A stretch of DNA of 64,000 nt from NCBI GenBank assembly GCA_028288705.1, contig JAQBNH010000003.1, positions 238,655-302,654 of the forward strand, written 5' to 3'. Below, one piece after another: positions 20,284 to 30,078 of this stretch. Origin of the DNA: Ferruginibacter sp. (GTDB lineage Bacteria; Bacteroidota; Bacteroidia; Chitinophagales; Chitinophagaceae). The translations under genes were made by a program, and so were the position numbers. The notes beneath the pieces are model-generated. The model was given only the letters and a program-made list of their open reading frames with translations. It was not told where the DNA came from and ran no database searches. The number at the start of each line of letters is the position of its first letter. The stretch's first letter is position 1.

Positions 20284-21057
20284 CTATTTTTTTGCTTTCG
20301 GAGCAATGACTTGCTTTTCAATACTGAGGTGCAATTCGCGAATCCCTTCCAGCACCAGTTCTGCAATGCGCCGTGCACCGTATTCGTTGAAATGCGTATT
20401 GTCTTTTTGCCCTGTAGGATAATGTGGATGTTCCAGGGAATCGAGTTGCATATATAATAACTTTGCGTCGGCAACTCCCATTTGCTCCAGCAGTTTCCGG
20501 CTTTTTTCATCGAGGTCGATTACGGAAGTGCTCGTTTTCTTGCCTACTTCCCAAACAGCTGCAGTATATTCTTTATGAGTTTCTTCCATATGGCCGGCTT
20601 TATCAAAGCGCATACGCGTAACCGGCGTGATCAATACAGGAATCGCTTTTTTTGCTCTTGATTCCTTGATAAATTTTTCCAGGTTTACCTTATAATCAGC
20701 CACGGGTGTATACCGGTCTTTATATTTTTCTTCTTTCGCTTCATCATTATGACCGAACTGGATGAAGACGTAATCGCCTTCTGTTAAACTATCCACGATA
20801 GGCTGCCAGCGATTTTCGCCCAGGAAGGTCCGGGTGCTCCTCCCGCCCTTCGCCATATTCGCGATACGCACAGTGGAATCAAAAAAGTTCGCAAAGGGCA
20901 TTCCCCAGCCAGTTAAAGGTGCCCGTGAAGGTTCATATAAACACATTGTAGAATCGCCGATCAGCCAAACTGTTGTTTTTTTTTGATCAGGCAATAAAAA
21001 ACTCATCATGATAATGAGCCCCAGTGCACCCAAAAAAAATGTACTTATTCTTTTCAT
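20284..21057 (-). CDS. Rhamnogalacturonan/pectin acetylesterase (CE12, SGNH)
   Basis: GDST, GWG, GGRSTRTF, QFGHNDE, DNTHFN; start MKRISTFF. Confidence 0.88.
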   Translation of the reverse strand: MKRISTFFLGALGLIIMMSFLLPDQKKTTVWLIGDSTMCLYEPSRAPLTGWGMPFANFFDSTVRIANMAKGGRSTRTFLGENRWQPIVDSLTEGDYVFIQFGHNDEAKEEKYKDRYTPVADYKVNLEKFIKESRAKKAIPVLITPVTRMRFDKAGHMEETHKEYTAAVWEVGKKTSTSVIDLDEKSRKLLEQMGVADAKLLYMQLDSLEHPHYPTGQKDNTHFNEYGARRIAELVLEGIRELHLSIEKQVIAPKAKK

Positions 21058-21058
21058 C

Positions 21059-21808
21059 TTATTTCTTTGCGGGTATGATGATTCGGGATGAAACCGGGAG
21101 TTGCTGGCGTTGAATTTCAGCCAGCACGATCTCTGCCATTTTACGCGCACCCAGTTCACTAAAATGCGTATCGTCTTCTTTGCCCTCCGGGTAATTAGGA
21201 TGTTGCCCCGGCAGAAGATGATTGAAAAGATATGCAGAACTCTTTGAACCCATTTTTTCCAGCAATTGCTGGCTCAGTTTGTCGAGGTCGATCAGGGCCA
21301 CTTGTTGTGCTGCGGCGACATTACGAACGAGCTGCGCGTACACGGCATGCGTCTCCATGATATGACCGCTGCTATCAAATTTCCTCCGGGCAACCGGGGT
21401 GATCAGGACCGGAGTCGCTTTCTTGTCTTTTGTTTCGCGGATGTATTTTTCGAGATAAGTTTTATAGTCAGTTTCAGGAACATAACTTTTTTTGCTCGGC
21501 ACTTCATCGTTGTGTCCAAACTGGATGAAAACGTAATCGCCTTCCTGTAAGCCCGCAACAATTGGCGTCCATCGGTTTTCCTCGATAAAAGTCCGCGTAC
21601 TGCGCCCGTTCACTGCGCGGTTTTCGACGGTAACGGAAGAATCCCAAAAGTTCACGAAAGGCATGCCCCAACCTGTTTCCGGATAAGCCTTTGGATCTTT
21701 AATGGAAATTGTAGAATCTCCTACCAGCCAGATTTTTAATTTTTTCTGCGGGGGGAACGCACAGGCGATCATTATGCAGCAAGATGCTAAAAAAAACAGA
21801 CTCTTCAT
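21059..21808 (-). CDS. Rhamnogalacturonan/pectin acetylesterase (CE12, SGNH), tandem paralog
   Basis: GDST, GWG, NGRSTRTF, QFGHNDE, DDTHFS. Confidence 0.88.
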   Translation of the reverse strand: MKSLFFLASCCIMIACAFPPQKKLKIWLVGDSTISIKDPKAYPETGWGMPFVNFWDSSVTVENRAVNGRSTRTFIEENRWTPIVAGLQEGDYVFIQFGHNDEVPSKKSYVPETDYKTYLEKYIRETKDKKATPVLITPVARRKFDSSGHIMETHAVYAQLVRNVAAAQQVALIDLDKLSQQLLEKMGSKSSAYLFNHLLPGQHPNYPEGKEDDTHFSELGARKMAEIVLAEIQRQQLPVSSRIIIPAKK

Positions 21809-21810
21809 AT

Positions 21811-23235
21811 TTAAAAAGTTAACAGGCTATTTATATAGACCTCAAGATTTGTATAATTTTTTTCCAGTTTGCTGGCCGCAGCATCGGCCGGATCTGCGGG
21901 GTTTAATCCTTTTGATTTCTCCCAGTCGTCAGGCATTCCGTCCGCATCCGAATCCAGCGGTGCGGGGATTGATTTTAGTACAGGCCATGCCGTGATGGTT
22001 GCTTCATAGGCAGTGCCATGTGGAAAATTTCCCTGTACATCGATAAACTGGCCGGTTCTGTTTTCCAGGTTTGTAATGATTCTTGCATCGAGTGTGTCTC
22101 GGCTAAAACTCGCTCCAACCCATTTCACAACGGAAGCATAAGCATCTTTCGCAGATTGAACCGGGAGTGTAACTGCGGGTATCCCTGCCGGTAAGAGTGC
22201 CGCCTGTTTGTTTTCTGCAGTTCCGTTATTTCCCATATCTACTCCAAGCCTGTTGTCATTGGTGACTTCGGGCGAACCATCTACATAATTACCTTCCACG
22301 AAAAACTTACCGAAAGGAATAAATGGCTTTTCCCGCAACCCCGGATTTACGATGCGAAAACGAACTTTAGGATTCGTAGACGGGCCGTATTTAAAATAAT
22401 TGTTTACGATATTATAATTGCCACCCTCGCCGGCATAAATATTATTTCCGCCCCAGTTATAAATTACGTTGTTACGGTAATCCACATTTTCCTCGGGAGC
22501 ATTTCTGATTCCATCAAACCTTGGATTACGGTTGTTGCAATGAGCAAATAAATTATGATGTGCCGACAAATGCCTTCCACCCCAGATGGCGCCATAGCCA
22601 TGGTGTTCGTAATCTTTATCTCCTGTTTCAAAATGGTAAGAATAATTCAGGGGCTCAGAAATCAGGTTCCATTGCAAGGTTGTACTATCGCCTGCATACA
22701 CGGAAAAAACTTCATCAGTGCTCCAGCTCATGCTGCAATGATCAATGATGATATTATTACGATGGGTACCGCCAAAAGCATCGTCGCCGCCATTACCGTC
22801 CACCATACCACCTTTTTGATTTTTATCTCCCATTCGAAAACGCAGATAGCGAACGATTATATTATCGCCACTTAATGAAACAGACATGTCCGCCAGGCAT
22901 ATGCCATCCCCGGGCGCCGTTTGTCCGGCGATCGTGCAATCCGAACCAATATTGAGTTTAGACGCTAAATGAATCGTTCCCGAAACTGCAAACACGATCA
23001 TTCGTTTTCCTTTCGTGGTTGCAGCATCGCGAAAACTGCCCGGGCCTTTATCATTAAGATTGGTTACTATGATCGTTTTACCACCACGGCCGCCTGTAGT
23101 ATATTTTCCAAATCCTTCTGCACCTGGAAATGCGATGGGCTGTTGATCAGATGATGGCGACTGCTGCGCTTTCGTGCTGCAACCGGCTAACAATACAACA
23201 ATAATAAGCAGAAAGGGAGAGGATGATTTTTTCAT
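21811..23235 (-). CDS. Pectate lyase (PL1), lipoprotein
   Basis: Lipobox LAGC; AFPGAEGFG...GGRGG, TIAGQTAPG, IIDHCSMSWSTDE, HNLFAH...RNPR. Confidence 0.88.
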   Translation of the reverse strand: MKKSSSPFLLIIVVLLAGCSTKAQQSPSSDQQPIAFPGAEGFGKYTTGGRGGKTIIVTNLNDKGPGSFRDAATTKGKRMIVFAVSGTIHLASKLNIGSDCTIAGQTAPGDGICLADMSVSLSGDNIIVRYLRFRMGDKNQKGGMVDGNGGDDAFGGTHRNNIIIDHCSMSWSTDEVFSVYAGDSTTLQWNLISEPLNYSYHFETGDKDYEHHGYGAIWGGRHLSAHHNLFAHCNNRNPRFDGIRNAPEENVDYRNNVIYNWGGNNIYAGEGGNYNIVNNYFKYGPSTNPKVRFRIVNPGLREKPFIPFGKFFVEGNYVDGSPEVTNDNRLGVDMGNNGTAENKQAALLPAGIPAVTLPVQSAKDAYASVVKWVGASFSRDTLDARIITNLENRTGQFIDVQGNFPHGTAYEATITAWPVLKSIPAPLDSDADGMPDDWEKSKGLNPADPADAAASKLEKNYTNLEVYINSLLTF

Positions 23236-23386
23236 AATTCAAAAGAGAAAAATAAGGCTGCTCAACCAGCAGCCCTATTAACCAAACCATTAAACAAGCA
23301 TGATGAGTAAACCGCTTTTGGCGGCTCAATTCTTAACCAATGCTACTCATTTTAATTGTTAAAACGATAGCCCCCCACAGCCTTTA

Positions 23387-23404
23387 TTTACGCAAACGTT
23401 CCCG
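23387..23404. promoter_or_regulatory. LacI-type operator upstream of the PL1-esterase block
   Basis: TTTACGCAAACGTTCCCG, identical (18/18) to 29960-29977. Confidence 0.7.
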
Positions 23405-23410
23405 CCATTA

Positions 23411-24466
23411 TTATTCATATTTGCTGAAACGAACGACTGCAGCTTTTTGTGCCGATTCGATCGCGGCATCAATCACCTGCATAACGTGTAATCCATCTTC
23501 GCCGGTAACCGGTGGCCTGGAATCGTACGCCAGGGAATGGTAGACGGCTTCATAAAAGTCGAGGTAACTTCCGGGCAATGTCTCGATCAGCTCTTCTACA
23601 TTTTTACCATCCTGCTGGTAATATAAAATACCGCGTAAAGATTCCGGTTCCCTGCCCCAGCCCTGTTCCTGCGGATAAGCTCCCGTTTTCAACGCATCTT
23701 CCTGGATATCTCCACGCTTTTTTTGAAAAGAACCTTTTGTGCCATTGACTACATAAGATGGCACCGGCCCTGCAACAATATAACTCGCTTTTAAACGAAC
23801 AGTTAAAGCAGGATAAAAAAGCAGGATTTCGAAATAATCCGCAACGGCTGAAGACGGACGTGTTATACGCAGGCTCGCAAATAAAGACCCGGGCATGCCG
23901 AATAAGTAAATTGCCTGATCAATAATATGTGGTCCGAGATCATGCAAGACTCCTGCACCAGGTGAAGGCAATTCTTTGTGTTGCTTCGGACTCAAGTTTA
24001 AATTGTAGCGATCGTAATGAAATTCTGCGTCGACGATATCTCCCAACCTGCCGGAACGGATGATCTGCTCAACCGTGCGAAAATCGCTGTCGTAGCGCCG
24101 GTTTTGGAAGACGATGATTTTTTTTTGAAACTCAGCCGCGATGCTTAACAATTCAGCCGCCTCTTCAACTGTTACGGTAAAGGACTTTTCTACCAACACA
24201 TGTTTACCAGCCATCAACGCCTTCTTAGCATAATCAAAATGCGTCGCATTAGGAGTGTTCACTACTACCAGTTCTATATAATCGTCCTTCAACATTTCTT
24301 CAACAGACGAAAAAGATTTGATTGACGGATATATTTCCCTGGCTTTCTGTTTCGATCGTTCGGCAACGGCATATAATTCGAAACCATGGTGAAGGGAGAT
24401 AAAGGGCGCATGAAATACTAACCCGCTCATGCCGAATGAGCACAATGCTGTAGGAATACTTTTCAT
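23411..24466 (-). CDS. Gfo/Idh/MocA family oxidoreductase (YdgJ/IolW-like)
   Basis: FGMSG..FHAP, VVVNTPN..H, GKHVLVEK, FQNRRYDSDF, GVLHDLGPHIIDQ. Confidence 0.85.
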   Translation of the reverse strand: MKSIPTALCSFGMSGLVFHAPFISLHHGFELYAVAERSKQKAREIYPSIKSFSSVEEMLKDDYIELVVVNTPNATHFDYAKKALMAGKHVLVEKSFTVTVEEAAELLSIAAEFQKKIIVFQNRRYDSDFRTVEQIIRSGRLGDIVDAEFHYDRYNLNLSPKQHKELPSPGAGVLHDLGPHIIDQAIYLFGMPGSLFASLRITRPSSAVADYFEILLFYPALTVRLKASYIVAGPVPSYVVNGTKGSFQKKRGDIQEDALKTGAYPQEQGWGREPESLRGILYYQQDGKNVEELIETLPGSYLDFYEAVYHSLAYDSRPPVTGEDGLHVMQVIDAAIESAQKAAVVRFSKYE

Positions 24467-24515
24467 TGCATAAAAGTAAATGGTTAAGCGCAGAGCGTCA
24501 TCAAAGCCTGCAAAT

Positions 24516-24547
24516 AAAAAAAGGCCGCTCAAAGCAGCCCTTTTTTA
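24516..24547 (-). terminator. Terminator after susD
   Basis: Minus strand GGGCTGCT-TTG-AGCGGCCT followed by a T-run. Confidence 0.65.
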
Positions 24548-24566
24548 TTATTAGTTATTGAAGTAA

Positions 24567-26474
24567 TTAATATAAGGGATTCTGGGGTTTCAGGTTGTTG
24601 TTAGCATCGATCGCTGATTGCGGGATCGGGTACAACTCACTTTTACCAGACACAAACCCGAAACCAAGATAGTTGGTATAGGTCGTTGTTACATTTGCAT
24701 TGGCATACCAGGCAACCCTGTTCGTTGTCGTCAGCAAAGCGTTGTTATTCGTAATATCCAAAGGTGCCGGTGAAGGCGTTGGTTTGTAGAATGAATTTGC
24801 CCAGATAACATTATTTTCTGCCAGTGCATTTTGATAATAATACATCTGCGTTGGTAATGTTGCTACCAGCGTATATGCAGGAGGTGCGGCCTGGTAAGTG
24901 AGTGCCTGCATCGCGGTACCGGCAGCCCAGCGCGCGAGGTTAGCTTTTGCTTCTGTTAGCGCCGTTCCTAATAAATTCCAGCGGATCAAATCATATTTAC
25001 GAATGCCTTCGCCACCAAATTCCAACATTCTTTCTTTTACTAAAAGTTTAAAGAAGCCAACTTTATCTGTTGGTGGAACCGGCACTAATGCAGCGTTATT
25101 ATTGTGACCGCGTAGATTCACTTCCCTCCAGGCGGCAACAGCTTCGGGAGACGGTGCGCTCGTTAATTCGTTATCGGCTTCTGCAAACATCAGGAGCACA
25201 TCCGCAAACCGGATCAACGGCCAGTTCAACTGCATATTCTGCAATGCGGAATTAGACGCCGGTGTTGTTGTTACGGGATTTGTGCCCGTTGTAACGCCAC
25301 TGCTGAAATAAAATGCCGGGCTGGATACCCAGTCGCGACGGAATTTTCCATCATAAATACTGTTACTCGCATGCCCGCGCCCGAAAACATCACGCACCAC
25401 TTCGAACGGTACAACAGTTACATCTCTCCTAACATCGGTGGAATCGAACTGGTAAAAATATGTCGGAAGCATATTCCCAAGGGAACCGCCTACACCATTG
25501 ATCTTTGTTCCGTTTTGTAACCCGATCTTACTATCAGAGTTCGTGCCATTCGCCATCGCTACCTGCATGATCAGCTCACCGTTAGGATCCATCGCTTTAT
25601 GTGCATCAATCACATCTTTAAATAAACCTTTGAATGTGGGGGCCAAATTATGTTGCGCTCTGTTTTGCATAAGCTCTGCGCATTCTGCTTTAACGATCGT
25701 GTAATAATCGAGATAATTAGAAGGCCTGGTGATCTGGCCGGATTGCTTTAAAGAATATCCGCCCGCGAACAAGGCAATTTTTGCCCGCAATGCCATAGCC
25801 GATCCCTTAGTGAAACGCTCATCCTGCGTAGCCTGTGTTCGCCACGGCATCAGGGTTTTAGCAAGAGCGAGGTCTGAAAGCAATCTGGTATAAATCGTGT
25901 CACGGCTGGTCCTTCTTGGAAAAAGGTTGGCCTGAAAAGCAGACGGTTCCCATTGTACCGGAACATCGCCCCAGATACGCGTTAGTTCAAAATAATATTG
26001 AGCACGAACCGTTAGTGCTTCGCCCACCATCCTGCGCAATTGAACAGCATCCGAACTCTGCGCTGTTTCGCTGTATTGCGGCATTTTTGGAATGTAGTAT
26101 ATACAGTTGTTCGCTCTTTCAATACCGGCATAAAACTGGTTGAACGTGCTGACAATATCCGTATTGCCGGCAACAAGCGTGTAATGAGCTTCCTGGTGAC
26201 GCAATTGGTCGAGGCCGGAACCACCACCCATGATAATATCGTCATCGTGTGCATAATAGTAGCTCACACGAATACCATAACCGAAGTCACCCGAAAGCGA
26301 ATAATAGGCGCCCATTAATGCGGCTTGTGCATTCGGAACATTACCGAAAACAAAACCGGGATCAAAGGTACTGATGGGTTCCGGCGACAAATATTTTTTG
26401 CAGGAAACCGACATCGACGCTGTAATGATCAGGATCATTGACAGGACTTTTAAATGTTTGATACGTGTTGTCAT
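24567..26474 (-). CDS. susD: SusD/RagB family glycan-binding lipoprotein
   Basis: Lipobox SVSC, GEALTVRAQYYFELTRIWGDVP, RFADVLLMFAEA, ERMLEFGGEG.RKYDL.RW, YPIPQ. Confidence 0.92.
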   Translation of the reverse strand: MTTRIKHLKVLSMILIITASMSVSCKKYLSPEPISTFDPGFVFGNVPNAQAALMGAYYSLSGDFGYGIRVSYYYAHDDDIIMGGGSGLDQLRHQEAHYTLVAGNTDIVSTFNQFYAGIERANNCIYYIPKMPQYSETAQSSDAVQLRRMVGEALTVRAQYYFELTRIWGDVPVQWEPSAFQANLFPRRTSRDTIYTRLLSDLALAKTLMPWRTQATQDERFTKGSAMALRAKIALFAGGYSLKQSGQITRPSNYLDYYTIVKAECAELMQNRAQHNLAPTFKGLFKDVIDAHKAMDPNGELIMQVAMANGTNSDSKIGLQNGTKINGVGGSLGNMLPTYFYQFDSTDVRRDVTVVPFEVVRDVFGRGHASNSIYDGKFRRDWVSSPAFYFSSGVTTGTNPVTTTPASNSALQNMQLNWPLIRFADVLLMFAEADNELTSAPSPEAVAAWREVNLRGHNNNAALVPVPPTDKVGFFKLLVKERMLEFGGEGIRKYDLIRWNLLGTALTEAKANLARWAAGTAMQALTYQAAPPAYTLVATLPTQMYYYQNALAENNVIWANSFYKPTPSPAPLDITNNNALLTTTNRVAWYANANVTTTYTNYLGFGFVSGKSELYPIPQSAIDANNNLKPQNPLY

Positions 26475-26491
26475 TATGATTGATTTCAATA

Positions 26492-29400
26492 TTATAAAGA
26501 TAAATTTAATCCAACTAGATAAGTGCGGCCGCGCGGGTATGCGGAGTAATCTACACCTGGTGTCAGCGGGTTGCTTCTCTTCGCATTTACGTCGGGATCG
26601 TAACCGGAATATCCGGTAATCGTAGCCACATTTGATACCGTTGCATACAAACGTAAACTGCTGATATGTGCCTTTTTAACAACGAAGGTTGGTAATGTAT
26701 AACCCAGCGTGATATTGTTCAAACGTAAGTAAGAACCATCTTCGATTGCATACGACATCGGGTAAAAAGCAGTTGTCGTTCTGATCGGCTGCCAGATTGT
26801 TGCGCCTGCGTTTATGGCTTTTAGCTGATCAGGGGCAACGCCTACAGTTGTTGTGGCATTGATTTGTTTTTGAACAAGATTTCCACTCTGATCAATCACT
26901 TTCCAGCGGCCAGTCATTTCAGCGAGCAGGTTCGCATCATTTCCATAAGCACTTGAATATTCAAGTTTGTTAGCATTATAAATATCGCCACCAACAGAGA
27001 AGTTTGTGAAGATGCTTAAATCAAATCCTTTAAATGCAAAGTTCTGATTAAAACCACCGGTATATTTCGGAAGTGCGTTACCAATTACGGTACGATCTCC
27101 ATCTAAAGTGATCTTGCCATCGCCATTCACATCGCGGTATTTAATTTGTCCCGGTGCAACTAAATCAGCTAATACAGATGCCGGATTGGCCAATCCTGTT
27201 TTCAATGTGTATTGCGTTGTCAGGTTTGGATATAACGGGTTGCTGTATGGCGTAGTGGTAAAGTCATCCGTTGTATAAAATCCTTCTACCTGTAAGCCGT
27301 ACATCGTACCAACGGCCTGGCCTACCTGCAGAATATAATCATCTGAGTTTGCCGTGCTAAACCAGCCTGAGTTAGCGGTGAATGATGTGTTGCTACCGAG
27401 ATTCAGGATCTTGTTTTTGTTAAAGGAGATATTTAAGCTCGCATTCCATTCAAAATCTTTTTTGCGAATGATCGCTCCCGCCAATTGTAACTCAATACCA
27501 TTGTTGCGCACTGAACCAACGTTCTGGTATTGGGTGGTATAACCAGATGTTGCCGGAAATTTATTTTCGATCAACAGATCTTTAGTGGTGTTGGAGTAAA
27601 AATCAGCCGTAAGGTTCGCGCGCCCTTTATACAACTCGATATCGAAACCAAGGTTTTTAGATTCAAGCGTTTCCCAGGTAATAATTGGATTGCCTAATCT
27701 TCCCGGTGTTACCAACGTATAGGTAAGGGCATCGTTTAAACCATAACCACCGTTAGCAGGCGGCGTGTAGCCTGTAGCATAACCGTACGCACCGATCCTG
27801 TTATTGCCTGACTGGCCATAACTCAAACGGATCTTTGCATCCGTAATGAATGGCAGGTTACTCATGAATTTTTCCTGCGAAATCCTCCAGGCTGCGGCAA
27901 CTGATGGAAAATATCCCCATTTGCGATTTGTTGAATCCGTTAACGGAACTATGCTGGCATAGTTTGGCCCGAATAAAGAAGACCCATCTGCACGGAAATT
28001 AACTGTAAGGAAGTATTTTTTCGCATAATCGTATTTGATGCTGGTGAAAGCGGATACTTGCCTGGTGGTTACCTCGGATGAAATGGGTTTGGGTTGAGAA
28101 AAACCGGCTGGTGCCGAGGCAAGGCCGATATTGGCAAATGCCGCGTCGGGTTTAATCCCGATTGGGAAATACCTTAGTTCCAGCGCGTTGGCTTTTGTTA
28201 CAGTTTCATAGATCTCATGACCTAATAAAACGTTTAGGCCATTTTTGCTTTTAAACAAAGAATTATTTACATAAGTAACTACGTTTGAATTATTGATCGT
28301 GTAACGATCGTTATTATTCAGGGTAATTAAAGGCAGTTTGTTGAAACTTCGTGATGTTGAAGTGAGTGTATCATCGAATGCTTTTGATTCGGTTTTGTTC
28401 ACATCATAACCAAAGGTGCTCCGGAAAGATATATTTTTCGTCAGGGCATAACTCACATAACCGTTATAGTTATACGCAGTTGTCACGCGATGACGATACT
28501 CTGACGAAAGGACATGGAATGGATTTAATTCGCGTAACCCATTTCCAGGGTTACGTGCATCAAGATCGGCATCGTAGTAATCTTCGGTCTGGCCCGGCAG
28601 GATAAACGGGCGGTAACGGGTAAACTGGCGTAACCTGTTTGACCCTGCACCACCAATATCGGAAGTACCGGCACCTTCAATTGTTTGTATATTATATCGG
28701 ACATTAAAGCCCACTTTTAGTTTGTTGCTAACCTTGTGATCAAACCGAAAACTGGCGAGCTTCCTGTCATAATCTGAATTCAGCAACAAGCCTTCCTGTT
28801 TGTTCACAGTGAAACTCAGGTTGTATTGTGTTGCAGCTGTACCGCCGGAAACGGCAATATTATGGGTAGATTGTTTTGCATCGCGGCCAAGGATCCTGTC
28901 CTGCCAGTCGATTTGTTCCGGGTGATTTTGGTAGGCTTTAGCAATCGTGTCGTAGTTACTCATCAGGCGGATGTATTGCGCCACAACCGCTGTGTCCTGC
29001 GGGTTTTCGGTGTATTTCGCACGCTCGTAAGCATAAAGCACAAAATTGTAAGGATCCATCATATCCAGTTTGCGGCTGATCTTATTGATGCCGAAGAAAG
29101 CGTTATACGTAACCGTTGTTTTACCACCGGTGTTACGACCACCTTTTGTGGTAATCAGGAAAACGCCATTCGCACCGCGGGCACCATAGATCGCTGTTGA
29201 GGCCGCATCTTTTAAAACAGTTACGTTTTCGATATCCTGCGGAGAAAGAACCGATAAGGCATTTTCTACCTGGATACCATCCACGATATATAATGGTGCT
29301 CCACTTTGCGTAATGGAGTTTCGTCCGCGAACGAAAATGTCCACATCAGCACCCGGTGAACCTTCTGAAACAGAGACCTGAACACCGGCGAGTTTACCGG

Positions 29401-29827
29401 CCAGCGCTTCTGCCGCAGAGTTGGTTGGCAGATCTTTCAGGTCTTTGGAACCCACAGCGGAAACCGATGCCGTCAATTCTTTTCTTTTAATAGACTGGTA
29501 ACCGATCACCACTACTTCTTCCTGTGTGTTGATCTCGCGGATAAGCGGGATCGTCAGGCTTGTCGTGGGACCGGTTGTAACGGTATTAGACTGGAAGCCG
29601 ATCGAACTGATCACGAGTTTCACATTTCCATCCCCGGTGTAGTTGATGCTGAAGTTACCGTTCTTATCGGTCTGGCTTCCTTTTTTGGAGCCCTGTTCAG
29701 TCACGGTGGCACCGGCAACAGGATTTCCTGTTTCGTCCACAATTTTTCCTTTCACAACTTTCGTTTGTGCAAATGAAAACAGGGCGAATAACAGGAGGCT
29801 TGTAAACAATAGAATTCGTTTACTCAT
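26492..29827 (-). CDS. susC: SusC/RagA TonB-dependent transporter
   Basis: CarboxypepD-like N-terminus, EEVVVIGY, LKDAASTAIYGARGANGVFLITTK, TWETLESKNLG, YPRGRTY. Confidence 0.95.
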   Translation of the reverse strand: MSKRILLFTSLLLFALFSFAQTKVVKGKIVDETGNPVAGATVTEQGSKKGSQTDKNGNFSINYTGDGNVKLVISSIGFQSNTVTTGPTTSLTIPLIREINTQEEVVVIGYQSIKRKELTASVSAVGSKDLKDLPTNSAAEALAGKLAGVQVSVSEGSPGADVDIFVRGRNSITQSGAPLYIVDGIQVENALSVLSPQDIENVTVLKDAASTAIYGARGANGVFLITTKGGRNTGGKTTVTYNAFFGINKISRKLDMMDPYNFVLYAYERAKYTENPQDTAVVAQYIRLMSNYDTIAKAYQNHPEQIDWQDRILGRDAKQSTHNIAVSGGTAATQYNLSFTVNKQEGLLLNSDYDRKLASFRFDHKVSNKLKVGFNVRYNIQTIEGAGTSDIGGAGSNRLRQFTRYRPFILPGQTEDYYDADLDARNPGNGLRELNPFHVLSSEYRHRVTTAYNYNGYVSYALTKNISFRSTFGYDVNKTESKAFDDTLTSTSRSFNKLPLITLNNNDRYTINNSNVVTYVNNSLFKSKNGLNVLLGHEIYETVTKANALELRYFPIGIKPDAAFANIGLASAPAGFSQPKPISSEVTTRQVSAFTSIKYDYAKKYFLTVNFRADGSSLFGPNYASIVPLTDSTNRKWGYFPSVAAAWRISQEKFMSNLPFITDAKIRLSYGQSGNNRIGAYGYATGYTPPANGGYGLNDALTYTLVTPGRLGNPIITWETLESKNLGFDIELYKGRANLTADFYSNTTKDLLIENKFPATSGYTTQYQNVGSVRNNGIELQLAGAIIRKKDFEWNASLNISFNKNKILNLGSNTSFTANSGWFSTANSDDYILQVGQAVGTMYGLQVEGFYTTDDFTTTPYSNPLYPNLTTQYTLKTGLANPASVLADLVAPGQIKYRDVNGDGKITLDGDRTVIGNALPKYTGGFNQNFAFKGFDLSIFTNFSVGGDIYNANKLEYSSAYGNDANLLAEMTGRWKVIDQSGNLVQKQINATTTVGVAPDQLKAINAGATIWQPIRTTTAFYPMSYAIEDGSYLRLNNITLGYTLPTFVVKKAHISSLRLYATVSNVATITGYSGYDPDVNAKRSNPLTPGVDYSAYPRGRTYLVGLNLSL

Positions 29828-29959
29828 AAAACAGTTTTGATGTTGAATAAAATTGGTGATGATGAGATGGCAATATGGCGTTAGTGCAATTCATCTTAAG
29901 CTAATCTGATCCAATGCTAAACATTTAAACTTGAAGTTATATGAACTGCCAGCTATTTT

Positions 29960-29988
29960 TTTACGCAAACGTTCCCGATAACGATGCC
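29960..29988. promoter_or_regulatory. Tandem LacI-type operator in the susC/lacI divergent region
   Basis: GCAAACGTTCCC-GATAACGATGCC; two CG-centred pseudo-palindromes 12 bp apart, shared with the sites at 15.15 and 23.39 kb. Confidence 0.72.
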
Positions 29989-30078
29989 ATGGGTGCCTCG
30001 CGGAGCGGTACCCTGTTGTTATCTTATTTTTTGTAACTTTAGGCAGTTCAGGATTGCGTTACCAAACAAAAGCAGCAT

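Noticed and set aside
29991-30013. Small GC hairpin between the operator and lacI as a riboswitch or ncRNA
   Set aside because: Too short and imperfect; no recognisable aptamer features
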